A DNA stretch of 64,000 nucleotides, from positions 6,138,001 through 6,202,000 of the forward strand of contig CM022676.1 in assembly GCA_012295275.1 (NCBI GenBank). Direction: 5' to 3'. The translations under genes and the position numbers were made by a program. Positions 1 to 14,163 of the stretch are shown here, in pieces (position 1 is the first letter of the stretch; each line of letters starts with the position of its first letter). The DNA is from Chrysomallon squamiferum. Lineage: Eukaryota; Animalia; Mollusca. The notes under the pieces were generated by a model, which saw only the letters and a program-made list of their open reading frames with translations, did no database searches and was not told where the DNA came from.

Positions 1-104
1 TCAGTCCAGGAAATCTGCTATTAGCTGTAGCAGTGCTTCTGTTGTTCCATGAAAAAATCTTTGTGTTTTTTGATATTATCCGGATGTTTCTGAAGTACTG
101 TACT

Positions 105-139
<35 letters not shown>

Positions 140-1350
140 ATTAATGTAAATAAAAATAAATAACAGATGAATTAATAACAAAATTAATTTAACAACTGCC
201 ACTAACACTAGAACAACAACTATTACAACTACTATTACAACTACTATTACTATACTACAACTACTAACTACTGCTACTATTACAAAATATAACTACTACT
301 ACTAACTACTACTACCACTATCACTACTAGTAATAATAATAAAGTAACTAATAGCAATATTAATAATATAAAACAAATGATTAATAACAAAGAATAAAAT
401 ATTATAACAGCTTTTGAAAACGTTTTACTGAAGGGTCAATATCCTCAGTATAAATTTATATAATACATTATTTCCAATTTCATCTGCACATACCATTGGT
501 TGTGCAAACTTTTCTAACTGAAGTATAACAATGTATATTGTTATGAATGTGCTATGAAAACTGTATCAGCTGGTTTCTCCTCTCACATTCCTCTGTTTTG
601 AATATGACACATTTGACAACATGTCACAGTGGTATTAAAATAAATGTGCTGACAGAATACTTCACAATGGAATCTTTACTTGTCTGGACACTTAATAGGA
701 ACTGAATACTTGTTAAAAAAATGAAAATCACAGTTTTATTTTAATAATGGAATAAAACCTTTAACTTCGGCAGTATGTGTAAAACTACACCGTATCATAG
801 TTGTTGCTGCTGTTGTTGTTATTACCATCACTACAATAAGATATTATTTTTATTGTTGTTCTTGTTATTATTTTTTATTTTTTTAATTTATAAAAAAAAT
901 TATTATTATTATTATTAATATATAAACAAAAAAATGTCACCCATCGTGAAAGTAATCAATTTAACATGATCCTATTCTAACATAAAGATATAAACATGCT
1001 TGACTTGTATTTAATATGTGCAATTATGCATCTATGATATCACAGCGCATACATTACTGCATAAATATTAATGATCCGTTAAATGTGGCATATTTAATGT
1101 ATTGTGTATCAGGATAATTACGTGGAAACATCTGGGTGTTTAAAAAAAAACATGTTTTAGAATTTTGGTAACAAATATGAACATCCTTTAAAAAAAAAAA
1201 AAAAAAAGAAGAATGTTTATGTTTGATTATTTGCATTTGTGCTGGGTTTGAATGTGTGTATGTATGTATGTATGTATGTATGTATGTATGTATGTATGTA
1301 TGTATGTATGTATGTATGTATGCATGTGTGTGTGTATGTGTGTGTACATA

Positions 1351-1503
1351 TACTGTGTCCAACAATGTTTTGATATTTTTGAATTTATGATGCTCTGAAG
1401 TTATGTAATAATATAGTGCTTAATTAAAACAATAAAAAAATAATAATCATAATAATTTTGATAGTAATGATGATGATATTAACACCACTAATAATAATAC
1501 ATA
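1351..1503 (+). repeat. Dispersed ~150-bp direct repeat, copy 1 (copy 2 at ~4403..4552)
   Basis: Both copies read tactgtgtccaacaatgttttgatattt...tagtaatgatgatgatattaacaccactaataataatac. Confidence 0.85.
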
Positions 1504-1518
1504 ATATGTGTATGTCTA

Positions 1519-1559
<41 letters not shown>

Positions 1560-2592
1560 GCATATGTTGTGTTTTATAGTATCTGTGTTTGTGTATGTAT
1601 GTGTGTGGACATCTGTGGCTGTCATCATTTTTCTGATGCTGTAACAGTGTATATATATATATATACATGTCTGGGACTGAGTGTGTGTGTAATATATAAA
1701 TAACACAACCTGTGAGTTGACAACTATTAATATATAAAACACATGTTTTGGCAGGTAGCTGACACTCTTGGTATTCAGATGAGAAATGTTAAACTTAAAC
1801 TGAACACTATTTTCAGATGCATTTGGACAACATTTTTGTCACCATAAAAAAAAAAAAAAAAAAATGTTGTTATTAATACATTATTTCATGAATTTTGCGC
1901 GTACTTTGAAAGAACTATGTGGAAAATGTCGCATATTTAGTCCAGTGTTAAATCAACTTCAAGTGTGAAAAATGTTTTTAAAAAATCGTATTTATATTTC
2001 ACACAAACACACACAAATTGTAGGGTTTTTTTTAAATTTAAAATTTTTAAATAAATGAATAAATAATTTAAAATGTAAAATTAAACAACCTTGACAGTAA
2101 TCATAATAATGTTTTGTTCATAATTATAACAACAAAAATAAATAAATAGAAAATAAATAAATAAACTTTTTAAATAATACTAATAACATCAATAATTTAA
2201 AAATCCACAAAATCTGCTAACAAGATCACTTCTGCTAAGCAAAAACGTTTTGTTAAAAAAATTTAAAAAAAAAAAATTCTAAAAATATCAGACCGGTACT
2301 ACAAGCTTGACAATGAAAAGACAACAGTTATCAAAACCGATGTTTACCTGATAACAAAACACAAGTTTAAAAGGACATTTATCAGTTACACTAAACAGAA
2401 ATCGCCGATTACACAACAACAAACTGACAAATAATGGCCTGAAGACACGTAGAAGAGATCATTTGCTTCACGCCTACAGAAACAATGTCACCTTGGTTTT
2501 AATATCCGATTTAAAGATCTGTCTTGTAATTTTATACGCTTGTAAGACAAAGGATCAATACTTCATAGTATCCGTATTACGTGATTTTACAA

Positions 2593-2760
2593 CATGGAGC
2601 GGTCGTTGGTGATGTGACCTAATTTCCAGTTCCAAACACTGTTCACAATATGGAGCAATCGTTGTTGATGTGACCTAATTTCCAGTTCCAAACACTGTTC
2701 ACAATATGGAGCAGTCCCTGTTGAAGTGACCTTATTGTCAGTTCCAAACACTGCTCCATG
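2593..2760. repeat. Minisatellite, 56-bp unit x3
   Basis: atggagc recurs at 2594, 2650 and 2706; unit core gtgacct...cagttccaaacactg. Confidence 0.9.
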
Positions 2761-3356
2761 AATGGTTATTAAAGACCTATGATATAAATAAATTCTTTTC
2801 CTCACACATACACACAGCAACACACACATACACACACAGACACAGACACACACAGAGTACATATAAATAAATAAATAAAAACTTCTAAATGAAGATAGTA
2901 GCCTATAAAATAATGACAGCAGATTTCTTTCAATTACACATTATCAAACATGATCTTTTAAGATGTAGAATCAACCCAAAGTTTCAAACAAAAACAAAGA
3001 CTAAATTTCTTATTTCCAATAATTATTACTAAATTCACAGACCACTTGTAAATATATTTTAAACTTTTTACATAATTTTATTCAGTATAATTAGAATCAT
3101 AGTGATAAAAAAAAAGAATTATGTTTTTATAATTTAAAAATTAAGTATCTGCTACCTTAGTAATTATATAATTTTATAAGCAGAGGGTGTGTAACAAACT
3201 CTGGATTAGTAAGGAAAAATAATTTGCATTCATATGACACCATTACCTATTACATCATTCATTTTGCACTAAATGACCAAAACATGTTGTTTGCACACAG
3301 TGTTCAGTGCTAGGCAGTTGAAAAGTTCTTTAGAATTATTATTATTTTAATAATAA

Positions 3357-3388
<32 letters not shown>

Positions 3389-3457
3389 CCATCATCATTA
3401 TCATTATCATCATTATTATCATCATCATTAGTATACTACTACTACTAGTACTAGTAT

Positions 3458-3492
<35 letters not shown>

Positions 3493-4402
3493 TTTTATTT
3501 ATTTATTTTTTTTTTTTTATTTTTTTTTTTTTTTTTTTATTTGTTGTTGTTGTCATTGTTGTTCCAGTGTAAATGCTGTAAATTAATTTACTGACATTTA
3601 ATTATTAAAATCTTAGTTAACTGTCAAATTTAGGGAAAAAAAAAAAAACATCACGTAATACTACTAAACATTACATCATTCATCACGTTTTAAATAATCT
3701 TTCCACAGCTTGTATTGTCAATAAATACACACCAAACATGGTGTCACCCTTTAACACAATAGAAAAAAAATCATAAAACTCTTGTAGCCACTAATTATAA
3801 CAAAACAGAGGAGGAAAACAACAAACACTAAATTAGTGTAGTGTTCTCACCTAATACCGTAATGCAAACAATTTATCAGTTACAGATCTTGAATGAAAAC
3901 TGAAATAATTGTACAAAGAAATTTATCACAAAATTGGAAACAGGCCAAAATATAAACAAAATAAATCACCACCTTTGGAGTTCTGGTTGGATTTGGAAAT
4001 AGTGGAAACTGTGCCACTGAGAAGTGTTGATCCTGAAACCCACAGCATTCTATGACTTGCCTTAAAAGAGCCCTATGAGAAAAAGTGGTCAAGATATTAT
4101 CTGTCAGTGACATCTGACAATAAAAGGAATCTTGTTCTGACTGGCCCACATTCCAAATAATAAAAGTCTGAAATGCATTATCATGACTGTCTAACTCAAA
4201 CAATAAAAGAGTTGTAAAAACTTTATACCCCCAAGCTGAATTTTTATTATCAGTACATGTTTGGGGTATCAGATTTAATTTTGTTTCTTTTTTTTTTTAT
4301 CAGGATGAAATTATGTCCTGTACGTGTTTGGTTTTTTCCAAAGATACATGTGATATTTCTTATGACGCACATTGGAATGTTAGGCCTATATTTACCACAG
4401 AT

Positions 4403-4552
4403 TACTGTGTCCAACAATGTTTTGATATTTTAAAATTATAGATCCTTTGAAGTTATGTATTAATATAGTGCTTAATTAAAACAATGAAAAAATAATCACA
4501 GTAATTTTGGTAGTAATGATGATGATATTAACACCACTAATAATAATACTAC
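4403..4552 (+). repeat. Dispersed ~150-bp direct repeat, copy 2
   Basis: Alignable by eye to 1351..1503. Confidence 0.85.
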
Positions 4553-5117
4553 ATACTACTACTACTACAACTACTACTGTTACAATTACTACTACTACTA
4601 CTACTGCCACTACTAGTACCACTAATAATAATAAAGTTGGCAGTTTTATGTTATACACACTATTTGGTATATTTCATTTGTCCCCATAAAAGAAAAATCG
4701 CAAATGTTTTTCAAATGTGTGCATTATTATGTAACATTATGCTTAATTCAAATTATTTGACACAAAGTAACACTAACTGATGAATCTTCTTTTTTAAACA
4801 AAATTAAACAAAATATAGAAAGAAAAAAAAAGAAAAAATAAAGAAATCAATAAATAAAGAAACATTAACTTGTTTTGCACGAAAATAAGTAAACAATGAA
4901 AACACATTAATCACACGTAAAATACATGATTTCATGTTTCCTTTAGTTTCTTCATTAAATATTTTGCAAACATTTGAAAGGGAGTGTAAGGACATTTACA
5001 AACAAATAATTAACATTTATAACCACAGGATGACAAAGCAGGTTTTTTATTCTAAACACGTTAACAATAATATAAACATTCTACGTACTTTTTAAGGTGA
5101 AGTGACCTACAACGTAC

Positions 5118-5400
5118 CTCAAACGATTTGACAATTCTGATGTGAGCATGCGCATGCACTTTTAAGAATCATTAACTGAATCGCAACGCACCGTGCAGAC
5201 AATAATTATTTTTAACCAGCATGACGAGTGATATCTCGCCCTCTCCCAAGTCAGGACCAGGAAAGTCCCGCCGCCATTTATTCCGAATATGATTTACGGA
5301 AACAACCGAAGCACAACTGCCTACGCTCAATTTTGCACGTACCACGAAACCTTGACCGAATACCAAAGTCGCACAGACAAACGCATTGACAAAGCAAAAA
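5118..5400 (-). promoter_or_regulatory. Putative promoter and first exon of an unidentified minus-strand transcript running toward the left edge
   Basis: CpG-enriched island, YY1-like CCGCCATTT (5271..5279; AAATGGCGGCG on -), NRF1-like GCATGCGCATGC (~5147..5158) and a minus-strand donor GAG|GTACGT at 5118/5117. No downstream coding exon could be identified. Confidence 0.35.
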
Positions 5401-6558
5401 AATTTTTTAAAAAATTACATAACAATTACATAACTGAAAAAAGGTTTTTAAAAGTCATATGAAATTCAAGATGAACTGTTTTGGGGATATGTAATCTTAT
5501 TTTAATCGTTATTTCTTATTTATATGGTAATCCAATAATATCGGAATAATTATTATAAAATTAATCGAAATAATCAGCCATAATGATATCGACCTTCTTC
5601 ATTTCCCTTCTATTGCTGTCCTACAAAGTTATTTTTGTCGAACAACTGGCATTTATACAAGAATGTTCTTGGCCTAATTCTGAAGGAAAATGTTTTCATT
5701 GATCTAATTTTATTTTATTATTATTATTTGTATGTATCCTGTAAATAACTTTATTCTTTTCTATAATGACGGTTAACGGACATAAATTTTGTGTAGTGCG
5801 AGTTCCATATAATTATAATCATATAGTCATTCATGTATTTAGGGCTCGTAAAAGTTCGACTGTCCTCAACTTCCCGATTCCGTCCTCTCGTGATAAGAAT
5901 TCGCGCAGTCATTCAAGTTAGCAGAAGTTACCATCCCAGAGTGATAATGCAGTAAATAATAAATAAATGATTAAACAATGCGTGACAGTGAATCGACGTT
6001 TTTAAATTTTGTTTCCTCGAAATATACGAAAGATGCGTCTGTTTTAAGAACTATCGAACGTTACAAGTAAATGCACATGCGCACGCGTCTGCTTACTGGT
6101 TCGTAACGTCATCGGATGGTTTTTCCATCAGCACCATCAAAGTTAATAATAACTTTGTGCTTACATAATAAATTTAATTTGTACCATTTCGCTGTCGTTA
6201 ATATTCAGTTAATTGTTGCTGCGTATAATTATCGTTCTTGCTATTTTTACCTGGTTGCACAGTATTATGTAAATTATGAATAAACTACTCGGGAAAACCG
6301 CACTTTTTTTTATTTTATATGTAAACTACATGCAACATTTGACATACGTCCCTTGTTCCAAATAGAATCGAACGCAAACGTCCTAGTTTATGAATATTCT
6401 GGAACCGCCTCTGGCAATTGGAGAAATAGCACGTTTCTGGTTTACACAGTGCATGCATATAAAAGCCAGTTGGAAACGTTTAAATAAGGGATAAAAATAA
6501 TGGGCATATATTTATACATTACGTCAAATAAATGCTCTACAGAAACACTAAAATAAAT

Positions 6559-6560
<2 letters not shown>

Positions 6561-6606
<46 letters not shown>
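6561..6606. repeat. (GA)n microsatellite
   Basis: Perfect dinucleotide run. Confidence 0.95.
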
Positions 6607-6608
<2 letters not shown>

Positions 6609-8941
6609 AAGAAACACTAAAATATTATATCAACGTAAATAAATAAACTATAATATCTGTTGTTAATGAATAAACGTTCATTTCATCATATTGGAATGGT
6701 CCTTGTATTATATAATCATGTTTTGAACACAATATTTTTAATGTAAATTAGTTTCTTTCTTTCTTTCTTTCCTTCTTTCTCATTTAAATATTTATTTATT
6801 TCTCATTTTTATCATCATCGTCATCATCATCATCATCATTATTATCATCATCATACACACACATATATACTCCGATATACATATATTTCAAATAATTTAA
6901 TAATACTACTTTATTACTACTACTACTACTTTTTTTTTTTGTTTTATATATCATTTATATTATCATAATGATCATTGTTATCATTGCCGTTATAATGACC
7001 ATCATTAATTTTTTTTAATTTGTTTTTTTTTTTTTATTGATATTATTATTTATATTTTTTTATATTAAGTTATTGTAATTCTCGTTATTATAATAATAAT
7101 ATTATTATTAATAATAATAATAATAATAATAATATAATAATAATAATAATCTTTATTTATTTCAGATTATTTCATTGTTATTTATTTATTTATTATTTAT
7201 TTATTTTAATTATTATGCATTTCAAATGAATCAACATACGAGATGCAGTAAATAATAGTATCTCCATTACCGACGCCATGTCATTCTTTCTGAATACTAA
7301 CAATATCAGACATTTGTAAAATACCTGTCTGATTGTGTCAGATTATATAAACGCGTATCAAATTACCTGTAATGACACTATATACGATTTTACCAAACAA
7401 CAAATTCTACGGTATCAAATCACTGTTGTCTATTCACATTTAACATCGGTACAAAAGTGTAACTTCGCAAACTATGAGATATCTTTCAGGGTGATTAAAC
7501 TGATATCGCATTGAAGGGCCAAACGATACGGTTACGTTATCTAGGATGGGTTTGTAGGGGGGGGGAGGGAGGGTGTTCTCACTGTATTCTCGAGAAAAAG
7601 TATTGAGAATTTTCTCTTAGTTTCCAGTCAGTACCATTGCTTGTATTTTTTATTTTATTTTATTTTTTATTTTTTTTTTTTTTTTTTTTTTTTTGTACGC
7701 ATTATAAACCACAGTTATTTTGTCTATCTTTATCTATTCAGATATTAAATTTATATTTATATTCATCTAAACGATAACATTTTACCTTGTAAGATTCTGA
7801 ATTCTCCCCTTAGGCACTTTAATTTAATATATCTGTATAGACATTTAATTTACTAACGGGACCCTCCTAAGCAAGATGTCTACGAAATTATAACCCCTCT
7901 ATAAAAATTCCAGATCCGACCCTATGGAAGATAAAAACCTAAAATATCAATTTAAATATATCACATTTCCATAAATTATGATGAGCATTACTTTGAAGAC
8001 ATTTTAATATATAAACATATATTATTATTATTATCGTTGTTGTTGTTGTTTTATTATTGTTGTTGTAGTTGTCACTATTATTATTACTGTTGTTGCTGTT
8101 ATTGACTTTCTTCTTATTTATTTATTCATTTATTTATTTATTTGTTTTTTTTTTTTAATTAATTTTTAAATCTAATGTTCTTTAATTTTTTATTTTTTTT
8201 TTTAATGCCTAACTTTATGTATGTCAGAATTATAACCTTGTATGACTAACACGAACGTCAAGTTAATTAAATTACTGAAATAACGTTCAAAAGTGTGCAC
8301 TGCGCATGCTTGTTAAAACTTTATAATCACATGCTCAATGTCATGTAATAGTAAATTGATATTTACTCTCTTTTTTTTTTTTTGTGTGTGTGTTAAACTG
8401 TGATCAGGTAATACAATAAATATTTAAAATAAGCAGTTGTAGGTCATACAAAACAAGTGTAGTTTTATTTACAGAACTGACTGTTGTTTTGTTTTAATTT
8501 AATACAGTTGTACAGTTAATACAAATAGTAATGGCAAAAGTACTATGGGAATTTTGGTGGGGTATTTTTCTGTTGTTGTTTTTTCTTTTTTTTTTCTTCT
8601 TTCTTCTCTCTCTTTTTTTTCTTTTTTTCCTATTTTTGTAGTAATATAGATATTTATTTCAATCTATTCTTAAAATAGTAATATCGATTTTTAAACTGGT
8701 ACAAATAATAAATAGTTCCTTTGTTGTTGTTGTTGCTATTGTAGTAATGAAGTTGGCATTTTACTTATAATAGAAGCTGCATTAGTTTTGATAATAGTGA
8801 TCTTACGTTACTGTTACTTCTACTACTGATTCTGTTACAACTACTACTACACTATACAAGTACTGCAACTGCTACTATAACTGTCATTCTAGACTTGGCA
8901 AATATGGATGTGTACGTACATAATAACACAACCACTCTGCG

Positions 8942-8972
<31 letters not shown>

Positions 8973-9912
8973 TTGGTGCTACTGCTGTTACTACTACTAC
9001 TACTAATACAATGACAAATTATTAACTACGTCTATTTATTAAAAATAACACATACTAAAATGTATTCCTGGACAAATTATTATTATTATTGTTGCTGTTA
9101 CTACTATTATTAATGTATTATTAATGGTGATGGTGGTGTGGTTTTTGTTTGTTTTGTTTGGTTTTGGGGTTTTTTTTAAAAATATAGCCACAATGTCATA
9201 TATATATATATATATAAAGTAAACTTCTTCCTAGAACATAAAAATTTATATAAACTTTTTTTTTTTTAGGCTCATTGTAACGTTATACAACATGAACACT
9301 CTTAGTAATAACGTGACGACTTCTGTCAACATTACCAAGTTTTGATGAAAGAGACAGACAGCACGAACTTGACCAATGATATTATGAAAATAAAATATAA
9401 GTAAAAATACTTGTAAATGTTCAAGTGTTCTTCTAAACGACTGTTCAAACATGACGTTGACAAACATGACATTTGAAAAGCTTGTTATCTTAAAGCGAAC
9501 ACACCCTTCCCCGTAACCAGATTCAAACTCAGTCTGAACTGGATATTGATTCGACACTGTGGCTCGTAATTTATTGATACGTGTTATCTTAAGAGCTCTT
9601 TTGTGTTTGAAGTTAATCTTTGGCGATCGAAGAACAAGGGCTCAAGGGAGGTAAATAAAAATTTACGAGTTTCAAATTGGTGTTTTATAAACCATTTGGG
9701 ATTAAAAACGTGTCAATGGACCAGTTTTTTGAAAAGGAACGAAAACTGAATTGGCTTGAAAATGTAAATGATTCTAAGGAAATGAATATTTTTTTTTCTT
9801 TCCTACCTAAATACAGTTCCTGATTTTTTTTATGCGACAAAACTCTTTTAGCTTTGTGAATATATATATATTAGTAAGTGTATGTACATGTTTGTATGTA
9901 TGAATGTATTTG

Positions 9913-9947
<35 letters not shown>

Positions 9948-9968
9948 TTGTATCTGTGTTTTTAGCTT

Positions 9969-9999
<31 letters not shown>

Positions 10000-10049
10000 T
10001 AGTAAGTGTGTGTGTGTTTGTGTGAATTACGTCAGCATATCGTACGCAA

Positions 10050-11088
10050 ATATGGATGTGTACGTGCATTTTGTATGATATTATTTAATTAAAATTATTT
10101 TATAGTGTTTATTTCAAGAATTCAGAGTTTACACAGGTGAGGGGCGAAGACCAATCGATAGAATTGCTGTGGTTACCATAGTGATATCTGGAGACAGTGA
10201 TAAGATTTCTGTAATTTATCATCGGAAACTAATTATGATATTTATTTCACATTCTTCATCTTCAGCTGTATTTCAGTGGCGGATGCAATGTGTTTTCGTA
10301 GGGTTCAGTATATAGTTTGTTATACGATTAAAAAAAAAAAGTACCTGAAACAAGACGTTGTGAATACAGCTATACAAAGAGACATATATATATATATATA
10401 TATACACTCCGACATATACATACAAACATGAATACACACACACATACATATTCATACTGATACGTACACACACGTATATATACAAATATATAGTCCGAAA
10501 TACCCGCACACACACACAAACTTAAACGCACGCACGCACACACACACACACAGAGCAAAAGCTGTAATAACAGTAGTAATAATGGCAACAGTAGTAGCAG
10601 CCGCAGCAGGAGTAGTAGTAGTAGTAGTAGTAGTAGCAGTAGTAGCAGTAGCAACAGTAGTAGTAATTGCAAGGACGTAAAAAGGTTTACAATTATTTAA
10701 ATACAAAATGTTGTCCTGGAACGAACATTAACACTGCCCCCCACCATAGTCACCCAACCTCATCTAGTCCCCCATTCTACCGATCTAGCCTATCACACTT
10801 TCCAATCCATCTCCCACCCACCCCAGTAGTATCCCCCACCTTGGACTCTGCATCTCACAACGTACACAAATAATAACAGAACATTTTTCTAATCTTAGCG
10901 CTAATATTACTTAAATGCGGTATCTAATCGCGCATGTAATATTCATAACGTGATTATTACTTGTTGATTTTCATCTTAGTGTTCCTACGTGTAGCCAAGT
11001 GAAACTGAGGATTACGTGTTAACGTCACATTAAAGATAAGCTGATAAGATTTAAGAGTTTGTAAATTAAACTCTGCATATTGTAAGAG

Positions 11089-11130
<42 letters not shown>

Positions 11131-11213
11131 GGGGTGATAGGTGTATATGAATGTACCAATCAACTGTATATTGCCTGTTTTTGTTCGATGTTTACGTAAT
11201 TCTACATATCTGT

Positions 11214-11246
<33 letters not shown>

Positions 11247-11258
11247 TGTGTGTTTGTA

Positions 11259-11290
<32 letters not shown>

Positions 11291-11320
11291 TGTGTGTGTG
11301 TGTGTGTGTCTATGGATGAT
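10050..11320 (+). repeat. Local tandem duplication, copy 1
   Basis: Blocks tttacacaggtga..gaagaccaatc..gttaccatagtgata and ctaccgatctagcctatcacactttccaatccatctccc..ggactctgcatctcacaacgtacacaaataat recur in the same order at 11596..13355. Confidence 0.88.
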
Positions 11321-11458
11321 GGAGAGATATGTGTGTTTGTGTGTGTGTGTGTTTGAGAGAGTGTGTGTGTTTGTATTTGTGTGTGTGTGTTTGTGTGTGT
11401 TTGTGTGTGTGTGTGTGTTTTGTGTTATGGTTTATCAATGCATATTGTCATTGTTTAT

Positions 11459-11461
<3 letters not shown>

Positions 11462-11544
<83 letters not shown>
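11462..11544. repeat. (TC)n microsatellite
   Basis: Perfect dinucleotide run. Confidence 0.95.
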
Positions 11545-11548
<4 letters not shown>

Positions 11549-11595
11549 ATATATGAATGTGTATATATATATATGTGTATAATAAATGTCTATAC

Positions 11596-11789
11596 ATATG
11601 GATGTTTGTATATTTAATTATGTACGCATCTGTGTATGTTTTTAGCTATGTATGTGGTATGTGTATCATATATATGTATATATGTTATTACGTCTCCATG
11701 CTTTGTCTAAATAAAAACATGTATGATATTATTTATTAATATTACTTCATAGAATTTATTTCAAGTAATGTCAAATAATACCAAAACAG

Positions 11790-11831
<42 letters not shown>

Positions 11832-12688
11832 ACAAAAAAAAAAATCAATAATTTTGGTGTTTACACAGGTGACGCGCGAAGACCAATCAAAAGAATTGCT
11901 GTTGTTACCATAGTGATAGCTTGAGACAGTGATCAGATTGCTATGATTTATTATCGAAAACTAATTATGACATTTATTTCGCATTACTTCATCTTCAACA
12001 CTGTTTCAGTGACGGGAAAAAAAAAAGTATTTTCATAGAATTCAGGATACAGTTTTTACGATTAAAAAAGATCCTTGAACCAAGCTTGATGCTGTGAATA
12101 TGCAGACATGCATACACACGCATACAAACACAAAAATAAACATTTACACACAAACGGAAACACGCACGCAAACGCACACACACACACAAATAACTGTCTG
12201 TCTGTCTTTATTAGGTTTTTTCAATGTATTTTAAAATTCGACTTCTCCAGGTAATTTTTTAATTTTTTACCCTCCCGTCTAAGTTTTATTTCTCCAAAGG
12301 TCTAATACATAAATTGACGCGGAGTTATTATTGGACCTTGGAAATTTCTCAGTGACCCAAGCGGGTCGACATAAACAACTTCTGTGACCCCTGATCTATA
12401 CGTATGCACAGATAATCGTATTCATGTAGATTTAATCCTACAGTCAATGGTATTTTGATCAAGATTATGTTTCAAGATTATATTTTTGTATCACTCGCAG
12501 TAGCTGATGTAGTAGTAGTAGTAGTAGTAGTAGTAATAGTAGTAGTAGTAGTAGTAGAAGTAGTAATGATAATTGTAGTGGTAATAGCAGTAGTAGTGTT
12601 AGCTGTAATAGTAGCAGTAATAGTAGAAGCAATAGTAGTAGTAGCAACAGTAGTAACATCTGTTGTGATGCTAGTAATAGTAGTAGAC

Positions 12689-12722
<34 letters not shown>

Positions 12723-13278
12723 CATTAGTAATAAAAGTAACAAAGACATAAAAAAGGTTTACAATAATTTAAATACAAATATTTGTTCTGAAACATACAC
12801 TGACACTGACCCCCCCCCACCATAGCCACCCTACCAACATCAGCTAGTCCCCCCACCACCACTCTACCGATCTAGCCTATCACACTTTCCAATCCATCTC
12901 CCACCCTCCCCAGTAATCTCCCCAACCTTGGACTCTGCATCTCACAACGTACACAAATAATGACAAAACATTTTCTAATCTTAGCGCAAGTATTGCGTAA
13001 ATGAAGTGTTTAATCACGCATGTAATATTCATAAGGTGATTTCTTGTTTGATTTTCATCTTACTTTTCCAACGTTTATGAAACTGAGGATTACATGCTGA
13101 TAGCGGTATTAGTTCGTCGTCGGATTTAAGCTATAAGAATGTGTACATTAAAGTGTTCTTATTTTAAGATAGCTTATGTGTCTGGTATTTTTGTGTGTGT
13201 ATCAGAGTGACAGGTACATGAATGTACCGGCTTACTGTGTGTAATCTGTTTTAATTCGTTGATTACATAATTATATCT

Positions 13279-13330
<52 letters not shown>

Positions 13331-13355
13331 CGTGTGACTGTCTATATATGGATTC
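11596..13355 (+). repeat. Local tandem duplication, copy 2 (with an extra ~300-bp segment at ~12195..12500)
   Basis: Collinear with 10050..11320. Confidence 0.88.
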
Positions 13356-13392
13356 CAGGTCGATGTAAATACATCGATACGTATTGGTTTAG

Positions 13393-14163
13393 ATAACATA
13401 TCTAGACTCTGTCTCTCAATAGACAAACAAACAGACATTCAGAAAAACAGATATATACTTTATAAAGCATCTAGACTCTCTCTCTCCTCACAGACAAACA
13501 AACAGACAAACAGATATATACTTTATAAAGCATCTAGACTCTCTCTCTCTCTCTCTCATATAGACAAACAAACAGACATACAGACAAACAGATATATACT
13601 TTTATAACACATCTAGACTCTCTCTCACATAGACAAACAAACAGACATACAGACAAACAGATATATACTTTATAAAACATCTAGACTCTCTCTCTCACAT
13701 AGACAAACAAACAGACATACAGACAAACAGATATATACTTTATAAAACATCTAGACTCTCTCTCTCTCACATAGACAAACAAACAGACATACAGACAAAC
13801 AGATATATACTTTTATAACACATCTAGACTCTCTCTCTCACATAGACAAACAAACAAACATACAGACAAACAGATATATACTTTTATAACACATCTAGAC
13901 TCTCTCTCTCACATAGACAAACAAACAGACATACAGACAAACAGATATATACTTTTATAACACATCTAGACTCTCTCTCTCTCTCACATAGACAAACAAA
14001 CAGATATATACTTTTATAACACATCTAGGCTCTCTCTCTCACATAGACAAACAAACAGACATTCAGACAAACAGATATATATACTTTTATAACACATCTA
14101 GACTCTCTCTCTCTCTCACATAGACAAACAAACAGATATATATATACTTTTAAAACTGTCTAG
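13393..14163. repeat. Minisatellite, ~60-78-bp unit x ~11 (catctagac(tc)n acatagacaaacaaacagacatacagacaaacagatatatacttttataa)
   Basis: Direct inspection; unit length varies through the internal (TC)n and CAGA/CAAA sub-repeats. Confidence 0.95.

Noticed and set aside
1-100. Complex sequence at the left edge that could be a minus-strand exon
   Set aside because: More than one frame is plausible, no recognisable motif, and it is truncated by the window edge.
3880-4203. 107-aa minus-strand ORF
   Set aside because: Non-ATG start, no recognisable family motif, no convincing splice sites.
7535-7925. Possible Harbinger-like MITE (G-rich left end, ...ccagatccgacccct right end)
   Set aside because: Termini too degenerate to pair convincingly and no clear target-site duplication.
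13393-14163. Regularly spaced repeats resembling a CRISPR array
   Set aside because: No unique spacers, eukaryotic context and no cas genes; it is a minisatellite.
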